This document shows positions 13,201 to 28,200 of a DNA stretch of 64,000 nt, in pieces. The stretch is taken from the NCBI RefSeq assembly GCF_006345805.1, contig NC_042997.1:89218001-89282000 (forward strand), written 5' to 3'. The notes below the pieces were generated by a model. That model saw only the letters and a list, made by a program, of their open reading frames with translations, ran no database searches and was not told the origin of the DNA. Each line of letters begins with the position of its first letter. Position 1 is the stretch's first letter. The position numbers were made by a program, and so were the translations under genes. Origin of the DNA: Octopus sinensis. Taxonomy: Eukaryota.

Positions 13201-16200
13201 AGAATTGTTCCTTCTAAAACTATAACAACTAATCATTTCCACTATTTACTAATTTCCCAACAACTTCAATGAAATATTATCCTTAATGAAGGAAATATCT
13301 CTCATCCTCAGAAGAATGACCTCACATAAAAACAAAAAAATGAGAAAGCTTTCCTTGTTGAAACCCAATGCTTACCTGCGGAGACATTCTAATAAGATCT
13401 GATAGGGTGTTGGCTGTCCAGCTTTATTACAAAGTTCATAGACACGGGGGTCTTCTATTTTAATTTCATCAAAAAACTGAAACAAATGAACATTATTCTG
13501 TTAAATGATTTCAGAAAATTTAACATTAGGACAAACTGCATAAACTGATTCTAGGATAACACAAGCTGAAGAAAAAGAATATGCTTTAATGAAAACAAAC
13601 TTAGGATTACAATAGATACAACACTAACTTCAATACATTTCAAACAGACTTAAATTTAGATTTGACAAATCAATAATTTGATTTAGGAAAAAAAAAAAAA
13701 CCATTCCTTTAGGCACTTCTGAAATTACAATTCTATAATATTCAATTACCATTTTTTCCAGAACACACTTTTTCCTCCCATCTCCATTTCAACACAGTTG
13801 TTTTGTTCACATGCACCAACAGTACTACTAAAATCCCAGCAACATTCACAGATTATTCATCACATGTACTTAACTTGTCTATATTAATAGATCATCTGTA
13901 CTTTACTAGTATTAAAGAGTGACTGACTGAGTCGTTAATAACAACAACAGTTCATTAAATTTCTTATACATTTGTTTTAGTTATTCTCAGTTAAGTATAT
14001 ATAGTCTTGTATTAAGCCATTATAATAACATGATAAAATTTACTTACAGACAGATCTTCAGATTCATAACTCTTGTTGTCTTCTGTCATCTTATTCATTT
14101 CAGGAATTAACACTTTAAGTGTTGCTTTCGCTAAAATGAGAAATAAAAAAGCCAAAAATAATGAGCTTTCATGTAAACAATAGAGAGATTGAAACAATGT
14201 TTCACAGTTTGGTTCAACCCAAACCAATATATATATATATATAAAAAAAAGAAACATTTAACTGAACATTGTTTCATGATGTAATAAAGCTGAAATCTTC
14301 ATACACAAATATCAATTACAAGTCAATGGAGAATCTTTAACCTGTTAGCTTTCACATTATTCTGCCAAATGTGATGCTTATTTATTCACATTACTTCAAA
14401 TTCATCATAAATTATCTCATAGCTTTGAAATGTTGATGGTATGATCTGACCAGCTTAAATCCTAAAGGGTTAATAAAATTTACTTAATAAGCCAATATAC
14501 ACTAATAAACTAAATATAATTTCTAAGTGTTCAGGCCATAATCTATACAATAAGATACACCTTAAAGACTAGATAGCAAAGTTCAGTAAGCTACTTGAAT
14601 AATATATTTTGAACACACTCAACACTGCTTGAGAATGCAAGATGGCTCAATCACTAGGGTACTGGATAACTAGCTGAGAGGATTGCACTGTATATCCAGT
14701 CGCCAGTATTGTGTTGTATCTGTGTTTAAGACAAATTGTAATGGTTAAGTTCACCTAACAGTAAAAAGGTATCATAAATGTTAATAATTCTTTGTTGTAA
14801 ACAGATTCAGCACTGTGTAAGTGAAGAGAGCAGAGTTCAGTTGCACTTTTCAAGAAAAGCTGTGACAAACATTCTTTACAAGGGAATATTTTTTCTCTCA
14901 ACTCGACACTCCAGGAACCAGAGAGAGAGGCACCACCTCTATATATCTTTGTGATTCAGAAAGAAGAATTAGCATTACAGCTTAATGATAGTTAAATGTA
15001 CTCTGCAACAAAAAGTCTAAGGATGACTCAAGCAGAAATAAGCTTGTTTTTAATATTTGTCTCAATCATCATCATCTAACATCCATTTTCCATGCTGGTA
15101 TGGGCTGGACAGTTGGCAGGAGCAGGCCAGCTGAAAAGCTGCCCAGGCTCCCAATATTAAATATATTTTAAAGCAAAATCTAAATGAACAGTAAATGAAT
15201 AAATGTAAATTAATTCACCTGCTTCCATCTTAGCAGCTTTTTTGCTTCCAGCAAATCCCGTACCATATTCCACATCATTTATCACAATAGTTGCACTGTA
15301 AGGAGTTTGAGCATTTTCTACAAAATTAAAGAAAATAGTTTTATGGATTTTCAAAATTAAAACAACAGTAGAAAATCACAAAAATTAAGCAATGTTTTTT
15401 TTTCATAGCTTTAAAAATTGCAAAGAAAAATAGGAACGTAAAAAAAACAAAAAAAAAAACTTACCGACTTCTCTAAAAATATATCGTGGTTGTACCCGCA
15501 TTGTATGCTGGACGTATTCATGTAGTATACACACATAAGACTTGCCACTAGGGTTTAGAACAAATTCTGAAATAAAAAGTTGTACATCAACTCTCAAGCT
15601 AATCTATATGAGTAGAACTGACAGTATCATACCTATGAGTTTTATTTGGGGAATAAACCACCTTAACCCTTTCGTTACTATATTTCTGACCAAATTACTC
15701 CCCTTATGTGTTTCAATTAATTTCTAACGTAATCATAAATTTAGTCTGGTTTCATTAAACAACTATAACTTTTTTATTTATCGATATATTAATCTGATTT
15801 TTGGAAGATAATTTAATGAAATATTCTCAACCAATTCTATACTATAATTTTTGTCACAGTCACTCTAATTGCAGGTAGATACAGGTAAATTCCACAAAAT
15901 ATAAAATTATTAAAATTTTGTTCAAACATCGCTATAGAAAATGGGTTATTAGCTAATATTCAATTGGGTATACAACAAAATTTTACGATAGAATTTGTTA
16001 TTCTGGGTAACTTTCTGATACCCATAATAATATTTATGGCAAAATAGGCCTTAATTTCATTTAAGGTTGTGGGAAATAACAAACTATCCTTTCTTTCGCT
16101 TTGTTTACGTTTAGCGTAACGGTTCGTTTCTGCCGTAATGATTTCAAATAGGCTCATTCGAAAAAGTAAATAGAAATAGTCTAAGGCTTTACCCTTCTGG

Positions 16201-19200
16201 GAAAGTCTGTGGCTTGGTCCAGTTTCTTCAGAAAAATCACCGAAAGAAAGTTTTTAAATTTTCACTCCATTCAGGTGCCAATTCGTTTTCTTTATTGCTA
16301 TCGGAGATCTCAGATTCAATGTTTTCACTTTCGGAAAATGAAACATCAGATTCATTATCAAATACCACATGCTTTTTTTTTTCAGTCATAGAGTTAGATT
16401 TATGAAGGTCTTCAGTAGAAAATCCTTCGAATTCTGACTCGCTGCTTGATATAATGAAATTCGTATCCATTTTTTGTCAGAATTACAAATTTTGAAAACA
16501 CAATGGGAACAAATTTCGGAAAAAAATCTCCCAAAATTCACGGAATTAAAATTACACTTCGATTATTGTACAAAACTGTAGTTGAACTGTTTACGAAGTA
16601 TAATACGTGTTTTCACGAATGTACTGAAGAGATTTGCTCTGATATTCTCATTTAAATATGAATAGGTAAATTCGGGCGGCTTTGGGCGGTTTGGTAACGA
16701 AAGGGTTAATGCTACATTTATGAAGCAGCGAAAAGAGTGTAGTTAATGAGAGGACAGTAAATCTCACCCTATCACACTATTTCTTGCAAATTCATGCAAT
16801 TTTATATATGTTGGAACAAGTAATTCAGAGATAAACTTTGGACTGCTTACCTGTAAAGTAGGAGTGTGGGACTAATTTCACCTTCTGATTACCCATTATC
16901 TGATCTATCTACAAGTTTATTCTACTGCCATTCTCCATACTTCTGGTATTGCCACTTATCACCTTTTCTGAACTAGACCCATTTCTTTTACCTTCCCTCT
17001 CATACTATTATTTACCATCAACTACACTTACGCCTTGTTCTAGTTCCTAGAGTCACCTCTGAACCTGCCCATGACTACCTGTCACTCTACTCTCACACTC
17101 TAATGAACTTATCCATTCACCCTTCCCAATTTTATATCCATATTCTCTAATATACTCACCTTCTTGTATCTTGAGAGGACTCTTTAACACCTTGTCACCA
17201 TCAATATTGTCTTCTTTCCAGCTCTTCCTATCAACTCTTATATAATGTAGGGCAGCCTTGTATCTCCTCTTTAGTAAGACATCTGTGCAAATTTCTGTCA
17301 TACTTTAGCCTCTAAACATCTGGCATACAGTCACCTCCCACACTAAGTGTAGGGGTTTCTTTTTCTTTGTCTTGCAAGTTACTTGGCAATCTCACTAATG
17401 CCAGTATCATGTAAAAAAGCCCCCAGTACACTTACAAAAGTGATTAACACTAGGAAGGGCATCCAACCTTAGAAATCATGCCAAAACAGTTCTCCAGCTC
17501 ATTGGACCCTGTCAAACTGTCCAATCCAACCCAGTATGGCAGAAGAAGATTCAATGATGATGATGAAACCAAAGAAAACCTTTGTGGCAGTACTTCCTCA
17601 AAAATACCATTCACATAAAAAACAATAGATGAGTTTGCGTTAGCATTTAATATAATTAACTTTAAAAAGTCTAATTAGAAATATGCCTGGAGTGAAGACA
17701 ATATTAGTCAATGACAGAAGACCGCAATCTGTGGCAAGGGTGACAGCTGTGTTCAAGACTCACAACTTCCAGCCGTGAGGATGGCCCTGTTCATTCATTC
17801 AACATTATTTTAATTATTCTGGCATGTATGGGAGATGACTTCTGACATGTTTCACTCTTCCTAGATCTCAGAGTTAATCAAAACTTCACTATACATGCAC
17901 AACAAAATAGTGATGAGATAGTTACTAACTAAAAAAATACATTACACATTAATTGGCATATTTTAGAGAATAAATGACTCAGGGGTCACACTAGAAGAAA
18001 TATTGTAAGGTTTAACCTTTTAACCTCATGAATTTGTGGTGTGTAATCAATCCATCATTGGAACAATCCTAATGTTTTAATATTTAGTAATTACCTCGCC
18101 GTCGATTCACTTTATCATCACCCTTGCTTGAAGGAACAGGGCAAGTTATTAGTTTGGTATTTGAGGGCTGTAAGTAAAAAAAAAAAAATATACCAAAACA
18201 GTATTCAAAATTTTGATAAAAAGACTGTTTTTCCCCTCAAAAAGACTCATATGAATTAATCTATGTATGGTTGTGTAGTGATGAAGTTTTCTTTGCAACC
18301 ATGTAGGCTCAGGTTCAATCCCACTGCACAGCACCATAACCTCAGATCAACTAAAGCAAGGGTTCTCGACCATTTTGATTACTATTTTATTCTGGTGAAC
18401 TCCCATAGCCATTCAATATTTAAAAACTAGTCTTATAGAAATTTCTTTCAAAATTCTATTTTGTTTTTCACATTAACTTGTGTAGGTTGAACTATGTAAA
18501 ACGTTAAAGAAAGAAATCTAGGTGTTTCTTCCAATACATATTGATACATACATCTAAAGTAAAAAATTTTTCAGGGGCTCTTGAAATACTATTGTGGATC
18601 CCCAATTTACAATTTGGTTGCATGGACCCCAAAAATCTTATATGGTAGATGGAAATGGTATGGAAGACCACTTGAAACAGAATTCACTACATTGCAAGAA
18701 TTCAGATAACTTCCTCCTACCACCACCACCACCACCACCACTCTCAAAGATTTTGAAAAGGACCATGGCCAATACCCTTCTCTGACAAACCAATTAAAAA
18801 GGACAGCATGAAATAGGAATGAAAAAGTCACATTTTCATCTACTTTTACTTGACCTTCTTTCTGTTGACTCTCAAGATGTTTCAAATTTTTTCATTATTA
18901 ATTCAAAAGGACTTTAATTCATATAAATTGTGATTGGGGAAATACTTTTAACAGAAAAATAAACTTAGGTATGTATGTGTGTGTATACGCATATATATAA
19001 ACACACTGATGAAAAATGCACTTGTATTTAAAAAGAATATCCTCTAACCAAAAAAACTCATTTTAAGTGCATGTGTGTGTACACAAATAAAGAAAAATTG
19101 ACTTTTTTTGGTTAAAGGATATTCCTTTTAAATATAACTGCATTTTTCATCAAGTGTGTTATTTTTCAACATTTTAGAAATAGCGAAGTATTTATGTTGC

Positions 19201-22200
19201 AAATTTGCTGCAAGCTTTTAAAATTTGCAGAATTATCTCAAACAATTTTGATATGCTATATGAGAGGATGAAGAAAATTTTGTATTAATGCATGACAATA
19301 TAAATTGCATGTTATTCAGTAGATCATTATCTACTTGAATTATTTAAAATCACGCAATTGCCCCACTTGAGTTACTTTCATAGGTAACTTTTTGTAATTA
19401 ATGAAAAGAATGTTACTCAAATGTGAAAATTGATATAGAGAAATATCAAATACATCAAATTCAATCCATGGAAAAACAGATGTATAATGATGGTAATGCT
19501 GATGATGAAGTTTGCCACAAACAAACTTCCATGACAAAAGGCATAATATAAATTTACTTACTAAAGCTGGCCGTGATTGCTTTTTCATTAAACTCATGTG
19601 ACGTCTTCTTTCCTTCCATGTTCTGCAAAAGATAATCATGATTACACAAAGGAGTGGCAATAATGAAATAAATTTAAAAGAATCAAGAGTTTTCAACCTA
19701 CATCCTATGATGTTCCCAGTTTTTAATTATTCTACTTAGGTAGCAAGAAATTAGTGGCTTGGAAAAATACTGATTCAATTGACTGACAATAAACCCCTTG
19801 AATCCTGCCAAGATACTCAATAGATGGATAAGGTATGAAATGACAAGTGAAGTGTCAGTTCTGTCTTTTATGTGGTCACTGTTTATGTATAAAAGATATT
19901 CTGCATAAATCACTAACAAATGGGCACAGAGAAATGATTGTTGTTGTTTAGCCTCAAGTAAACCATAATCAAACCAACTTACCATAAAAGGCGTCCTACA
20001 TATGACTATTATACCATTTTGTATATCTAAGACTGTTATCCAATGTTTTTATTTTTTAAGATGATAGGATGCAATTTAAAGAAGGTTGCTATTTGTAGCA
20101 GGTACAGCAACAACATAGAGACTCCTGAAACACCAACAGGCGATTCTCAGTCAAACATAGATACAAGACAAGTTAAGTACCATCTTTTATGTAGACAAGT
20201 CAACCAATTCCTTAAATGTTTTGTTTACAAATCCATATTGGTTGTTTGCAGAAGAACGTATTTCTCTTTGATAAAAACACAAAGCAACACAAGTTTTAAA
20301 ACATAATGCTGGGAACCAAACTCAAACAAACACAAAGGACTAGCACAACACTATTACTTGAATTTCAATAGTTCAGAAGCTGTCCGTTGTGTATTGAAAT
20401 CTTAATCAGTATCAAACAAAATGCTATACATTTGTTTAAATAATTAAAAACCACCAGTCACATGGCATGCATGAGTTTTATATGAACTTATCTACTTTTT
20501 TTTGTATACATTACAATCAAAATAAACAGGGACATATAGTTGATTCCATTTCTACAGGATTATGGTTGATATTGCTACTCCTTTTCATATGTTCTGTTGG
20601 TTGTTCTTCCACTACGGCAAGATAGGAATTCACAAACAACAAAACTTGGCAATGTCATCGCTGATAGAGCAAGGAAAATCTCTTGATGACATAAACTTAC
20701 AGTCAATCAAAGACATCTCAACCTGGTTCATGGCATTCAAAGCAAAAGTTTATGCAGACGAATTAAAGGATAACCTACAAAGTAATGACCAAAGTCCTAT
20801 GGCTATGAAATTCATTTCTTTGGTAGAAATTCCGTAATTAAAAATTATCCAAGATATTAATATCTTGAAGAATATTATGAAAATGACTTACAATGATCTA
20901 AAAAATTCAATTCTATATCACATTATTCATTCAAAGAAACTGATACTAGCCAAAAGAACAAAATTCTTCTCCACTATTCAACAACCCAATGAATCAATTT
21001 CTCAATTTCTTTCAAATCTGTGACATGCCAGTGAATACTGCGATTTTGAAAGTCTGAAAACATCTAAAATGCCAGTGAGTGAAAAACTTACACTGTCTTG
21101 GCTGTCAGTCAAAGCAGCACCAAGGAAAGAGAGAAAGTTCTTCAAGCTAATGATGTTAACAAACTCAGTTTAGAAGCTACAGTACAATTTTTACAACATG
21201 CTTTGCAAATATCTGAATTTTGCAACAACACTTCAAAAGGAGAAGTCAATGCCTATTCCAAAACAAATGTGCAAAATAAAAGAAAAAATTTGAGAGACCA
21301 ATCCTGTTACTGCTGTGGAAAACTTTAGTTTCCACACCATAAATGCCCTGCAATAAAAGCTATCTGCAAAAACTGTGGCAAGAAAGGCCACTATACAAAA
21401 GTTTGCTAAAGCGCCAAGAATGATCGCAGGATGAGTCATCAGGATGAAATCATGACTTTTATCAGTCACGCATTGGAAAAGCCCAAGTTTGAATCTGCCT
21501 CATTTAATGGGCACATGATAGACATGATGTATGATAAAGGTGCTCCCTGCAGCATTACCTCATCTGTAATAGCAAAGGATAATAGCATGACAATTACATG
21601 GCAACATACTTCAAACTAATCGTATGATGTACACCACATGGAATGCATTGGGGACGCTTGCCTTAGTGTGAAACAAGGAGGTTGGTAATTCCTCCATACT
21701 TTTAAAATAATTAAAGGTAACCACAGATATGGTCTACTAGGTTGTGACCTGCTCAATTTTGAAAAAATTTGCAGTATTGTGTCATTTCTGCCAATGATAA
21801 AAGGAGAGCAAGCTTCTGTCAAATTAATACTTAATGCCTCTGATAGATACTGTGCTGCTAGAAGCATATCTATTACTCTCAAGGAAGATGTAGCAAAGAA
21901 AATAGATGCACTGGAAGCCAAAGGTGTAATTAAAAACTGTGCTCTGGGTGGTATACTCAAAACTTCTCCAGTCATGTGGATTAGAAAGAAAAATGGACGA
22001 CTGCACATGTGTCCCAATTAAATGAAAAAATATGCACGGAAGCTTATCCTTTGTCACAAATAGAAACCATGTTCAGCAAGCTTAGTGGTGCAAGATTCTT
22101 CACTAAGATTGACTTAATCAATGCATACTAGCAGATCGAACTCAATGAAAAGAGTCAAAAACTCTGCACCATCAATACTACAAGAGGAGTATACTTGGTT

Positions 22201-25200
22201 ATGTGAATACAGATGGGGATGAAAAATAGTTCTGCAATTTTTCAGCATGCTATAGAGAATGTAATGCTCAAGCGACTAAAAAATTTCATTGCCTACCAAG
22301 ACGATATAATTGTCTTTGTTAAGACAGAAGAGAGCCTGAATAAACTTTTAAATGCCATCCTCGGAAGACTACATGAGAAACAAGGCTGTGTCAACAAAAG
22401 AAAAATGTGTTCAAAATACTATAAGCATCACATTTTTAGGCCACGGGATATTGGCAGAAGGAATTAAACCTGCAAAGGAACTCACTCACAGAATCATAGC
22501 ATTAAATCAGCCAAAAACACTGAGGAACTGCAATCTTTTCTTGGGTTAATCGGATACTTTCGGCAATTCATTTCAAATATCAATGAGAAAACAATTAGCA
22601 TGCAGAAACTAGCTACTGCCAATTGTTTTCAGTGGACAAACAAGTGTTAATTTAGATTCAAGAATATTAAAGATGAGCTATGCAAAGAACCAGTGTTGAA
22701 GCCATTTGATCTATACCAAGCTCATGATGGATGCATCAATGAACAACATTGCTGCAATACTTTCACAAAATGGTCACCATGTGTGTTAAGAAAATTGACA
22801 CCTGCTGAATCTAATTGGTCAAATATCAAATGTGAATTTGCCATCGTATGGGCCATTACCCATCTCAAACAATTTCTGCTAGGTAAAAGGTTCAAACTCA
22901 ATATGGATCATAGACCCTTAAAATATATCTTCCACCCAAAAAAGCTGATCCCAATGAATGTTTCTGCTAAAATCAGACAATGAGCTATTCAATTAATGGC
23001 ATTTGCTTTTGATATATCCCATATCTCTGGCTCTAAAATTCCTCATGTTGATGCAATGTTGAGATTGAAAGTAGAGGACGAGGGAATTGTCTTTGCAGTT
23101 GAGCCATGTACATTGATCATGTGAAAAATATCACTGAATGCAACAGACACATTCAGCAAATCAATCGCATGCTCAAATCCAGAAAATGAACTTCGCAAAA
23201 CAACTGCAACCTCCCTTTGAAATGTGTGCGTGATCAACTAACAATAGAAGACAGAATTCTATATTTGCAAACGCAAATGTTTGTTCCCTACCAACTATGT
23301 GACAGTGTGCTTCGCGACAGTCATGATACACATTTGGCTGTTCAGCAAATGCTCAATAAAATTTCTCTTGAGCTCTGGTGGCCAAATATGTCTCAAGATG
23401 CGACTACCTTCATTTCCAATTGCACTACTTGGCAGCAGAATCAAAGTATGAAAGACAATTTGATAGTGACATGGAACAAAGACGGTCCTTGGGAACATAT
23501 TTACATGGATTGGGCTTTCATGAACTGAATTGGCAATTTACTTATTGTCGTCGATTCATATTTCAACGACACTGATGCTATCCTTTGCACCTCATGCAAA
23601 AAGTAAAACATAAAAAAGTGCTTGACGTGTCTCTTCACTCTGTTTGGACTGCCAAAAGTTACTGTATCAGACTGTATGTACTGAATTTACAACATTGAAA
23701 TTTTGGCTATCATCTCTTGGCATAAAGAGCATATATACACCTCCTTATCATCCACATTCAAATGAGCAGGCCAAGCAAGTTGTCCAAACCATTGAATGCC
23801 CCTTATCTGCATGGAATCCTGTCATCGATTGGTATCCCTATTTACAGCAAGTTCTACTCAATCGCCAATCTTCACCAGGTGGAAAGCTGCTTCTCCTGGG
23901 GAAAGGTTATTCGGAAGATCATTACATACCAGCTGCAACCCACTGAATCAACTTTCTTATTGTGGTGGCATGTATTGTGTACTGAACTCTTAATCAATAT
24001 ATAACAAATGCTGTGCATTTGTTTAAATAATTAAAAACTGCCAGTCACATGCACAAATTTTATGTGAACTTGTCGGTTTTTTTTCTATATATTGCAATCA
24101 AAATAAACAGGGACACATAGTTGATTCCATCCCTACAAGATTACGGTTGATGTTGTTACTCCTTCTCATATGTTCTGCTGTTGGTTGTTCTTCTGCTAGG
24201 GCAAGACAGAAATTCGCAGTTTATGGCTATTTGATCCTTGTTTCTATACTTGTGCTTATGAAATAAGCAAATAACAAAACTTGAGACTGTCTATAGACTC
24301 ACTGAACTTGTATCAATCATTACCATTTGAACATGATTGTACAAGGTAGTATAGGTTGGACAAGTTTACATTGTTACACATTTTGCTGCACTCTTAATAC
24401 CAAGGTTTTTAGGTTGAAACCAATACTTCACATGTAGTTTGGTGATCCCTGCTCTAGGCTAACAGATGTGCTTTCCCTTCATTCTTCTTTACAACCATTA
24501 CTAATTGAAACTAGCTGGATCTGTGTCACTTTTACTGAGGTCCTCCCAACTCATTCATCTCTCCTGTCTTCATCACCCATATTGTGTCCATTTTTTCCCC
24601 TCAGGTCCCATGCTAAACAGTTTGTCCAGACATTTTCTCCCAGAATATCATTCCTCTGGAATTCACTCCCAACCATATCTTTCTGTACCCAGTGGTTAAT
24701 GTTCAAAAACATTAACCCCATCAATTCTCTGGACATTAGCACAGCTCCTTCAACCTGTCAAACTAGGCCTTAACCCTTTCGTTACTATATTTCTGACCAA
24801 AATACACCCCTCATGAGTTTCAATTAAATTCTAAAATAATCATGAATCTAGGCTTGTTTCATTAAATAACTGTAACTTTTTTACTTATCAACATATTAAT
24901 GTGATATTTGGAACATAATTAAAGAAAGGGTTCTTAATCAATTCTATTGCATAACTTTTGTCTCAAAGTAACTTTAATTACAGGTAAATCCAGGTAAATT
25001 GAGTAAAAGGTAAAAAATATTAAAATTTTGTTTAAACATCACCATAGAAAATGAATCATCAGCTAATATTCAAATGAATATGCAACAAAATTTTGATAAA
25101 GAAGAATTGTGCACATCACTGGATCATCAGTTGAATTTAATGCACAACAGGTGTACCATAAAGGTGGAATAAACTGAAATACTGGAATCCACCGCAAGTT

Positions 25201-28200
25201 TGACCGAACTAAAGAAATCGGTCAAAAAATAATATACGGCCCTGGTTATGGTATGGAAGTGATAAATTCCAGACCACATCGTTCCCTAGGCCATGCTGAC
25301 TAACATTATTTTCCCTGTATAAAAACTAAATCCACGCAGTACCCAGTATTTGCTTCACAAATTTTCCAAAATTTGATCCCCCATTTTGTGTTTGTTTACA
25401 ATCTGCGTAAATTTGTTTCCGCATTGATCGCTTCAAACAATAACTTCCAGACCACATCATACCCTAAGCCATGCTGACTAACATTAGTTTCCCTGTATAA
25501 AAAACTAAATCCACAACAGTACCCAGTATTTGCTTCACAAATTTTCCAAACTTTGATCCCCCATTTTGTGTTTGTTTACAATCTGCGTAATTTTGTTTCC
25601 GCGTTGATCGCTTCAAACTAGCATACTGAAAAAAATAAAAGTCTAATGGTTTTGCTTCCTAAGAAAGACTATAGATAAACTATCTCCTCAGAAAAATTGC
25701 TAATAAAAACATTTTTAAAATTTTTTACTACATTCCGATGTAAAATCGTCTTTGCTGTCGCCATTGCCGCTTTCGGTTTCGGATAAAAAAATATCCTATT
25801 CATTATTTTGTACATCACGTGCTTTTGTACCTATTTCATTCTTTTTCTCGATATCTCCCTATTTTCCGTTGAAAAAGCTTTAAATTTGGAATCAATGCTT
25901 GATAACATGAAACTCCTATCCATTTTCAAAGTTGAAGAAAAATCGATGCCGAAAAAAATGTGGAAAAAAATATCCCAAAATTCACTGAGTTGAGATATTA
26001 CTTGAAGCAATGTCAGATACTATAACTCAACTATTTAGAAAGTGAAATCACATGTTTTAATGAATGTACCAATGAGATTTGGGTTCAAATTTACATTTAA
26101 ATAACAATAGGTTCTCTCGGCCGGGTTGGTATTATGAACCAAAAATTTTTTGGCCGGGTTAGTAACAAAAGAGTTAAAGCAGTTTTGAACTAGACCCTCT
26201 GAGTAATTGCTTTCAAAATACTAATATTATACACACTTCTGCTTCCAACACTCACTGAGATTTTAAAGAGTTTGTAATACTTACTTAAATTTTTTAACTG
26301 TAATTTTTTTGAATTCAAATCTCTTTTCACAATACTTCCTCAATTCTAATGGATCTGAAAACAAAAATATTTAATCATTTTAAATTATAACATACCAAAG
26401 TACAAAATTATGATCCCTTAATCCTTTAGCATTCAGATTACTCTATCAAATACAAAGCTTATCTTTTTCACATTGTTTTGAATTAATTATATATTACCTT
26501 GTAGCTTTGAAATTTCAGTGTGATCATTTTTAGAATGACATTGTAAGGTAGTTGTGAGAGGCCAGCTTTGGCTTGTTTGAACACAACATGTGCAATATTT
26601 GAGCCAGATGTGGCTGGTTTAAATACTAAAGCGTTAATTTTAGTTAGATCACAAGATACCTAAATATTCAAGTTAGGAAAATAAATTATTAACCAAAGTT
26701 TGAAAGAAAAACAGAATTCATTGAACAAGAACCCTGAATTCATTGAAACAGAGTAATAACAGGAAGTTTATTAAACAAGCAAGAGTTTTAATTGACAGAG
26801 TTTATTAATCAAGTACTAGACTACTAAGAATCACTTGACTAGTTTTCGCTTAAGTTCCACTGATACTTGTTGCAATAGTTCAGATCTAACTGAGAGTAAA
26901 AACTTGGTACCTCATGCAGTTCTCTCTGCAGCTAATTCTTCTAAAAGTTGTCAGAGTCTACATTTATAGTATTTTGTGACATCAGACTTTTTTTTTTGTC
27001 TTCTTTATGAGCCACTGTATGAGCTAGTTAAGCTGAAAATTATCACAATTTCCAGCACATCATATAACTGAAAAACAACTTTCACTAGTTGCTAATAATT
27101 GTTTTCTATCATCATTTTTTTAACATACACTTTTCCACGTGTTACTGGAATTCATTGAGGCAGACTTTCTATGGCCAGACACCCTTTCTAGTGCCAATTC
27201 TCATGTTTCTAAAGTAAATTTCCCCCATGGCTGGACATGTTTTCATGGAAGACAGTGATGCTCATAACTATCACATGATGTCCAGACAAGGAAACACAAA
27301 CACACACACAGGGTGGGCTTCTTCAGTTTCCATCAGCAAGGCTTTGTTAACCCAAGGTTAAAGTAGAAGACTTTCCAACCACATAGTTGGAAAGCAAATT
27401 TTCTTAATCACACAGCCATGTCTACACACACACACACACCACCACCACCACCTTCTTCTTCTGTATATCCACTTTATCCATACTAACATGATTTGAACAA
27501 GACATATTTAGACAGTTTTTTTATGAATGCATACCCTTCCTATCACCATTCTGTATTTGTAGCTGAAGTGAGGTATTTGGATTCGACTTGTCTTTGCATA
27601 TCTAAAACAAAAGCACCAAACTGTGGGACATAGCTACAGGTGACATAAACAAGCATCACTATTTTTACTTAAATGATGACAATATGAAAATACATGGATG
27701 TGTATGTATATATATATGTACGTGAGTCATCTAAGAGACCACAAGTGAGGGAGAAGATGCACTCATATAACTGTTAGTAGAGTGGGTATATTATCTGAAT
27801 TTTGTAGCATTAAGTATCCATCATGGCTGGTCTCACCAATCGGTTTCGGGCATAATACAATGGAGTGTTAGGTAACAATCCAATTATATAATTACATTCA
27901 TTAGAAGTAGCCAATATGGAAGGGAATATGGTGTCTGCTCTCTATTGTCAGAGATGGATTAGCACAAGCAGTCAGTGGCTGCTGCGAAAAAAGTGCTGGA
28001 ACAAAAAAAAGGGCCTGGGGATTTGGCTAAAGTTTGACTTAGACACACACCAATGCACCTATGTACACATACGCACACCCCTATAAGGCAGGCATCCTGC
28101 ATATAACTATCCCCCACTACCCCCAGTACAAACCCCCTCATGCAGATTGTACCCCCACACACACCATTATACATTACACATCGCACGCTAATATAAGAAC

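Noticed and set aside
19007-19013. CTGATGA motifs at 19007, 41468 and 51322 as possible hammerheads
   Set aside because: No correctly placed stem II-GAAA-stem III-UH arrangement follows them.
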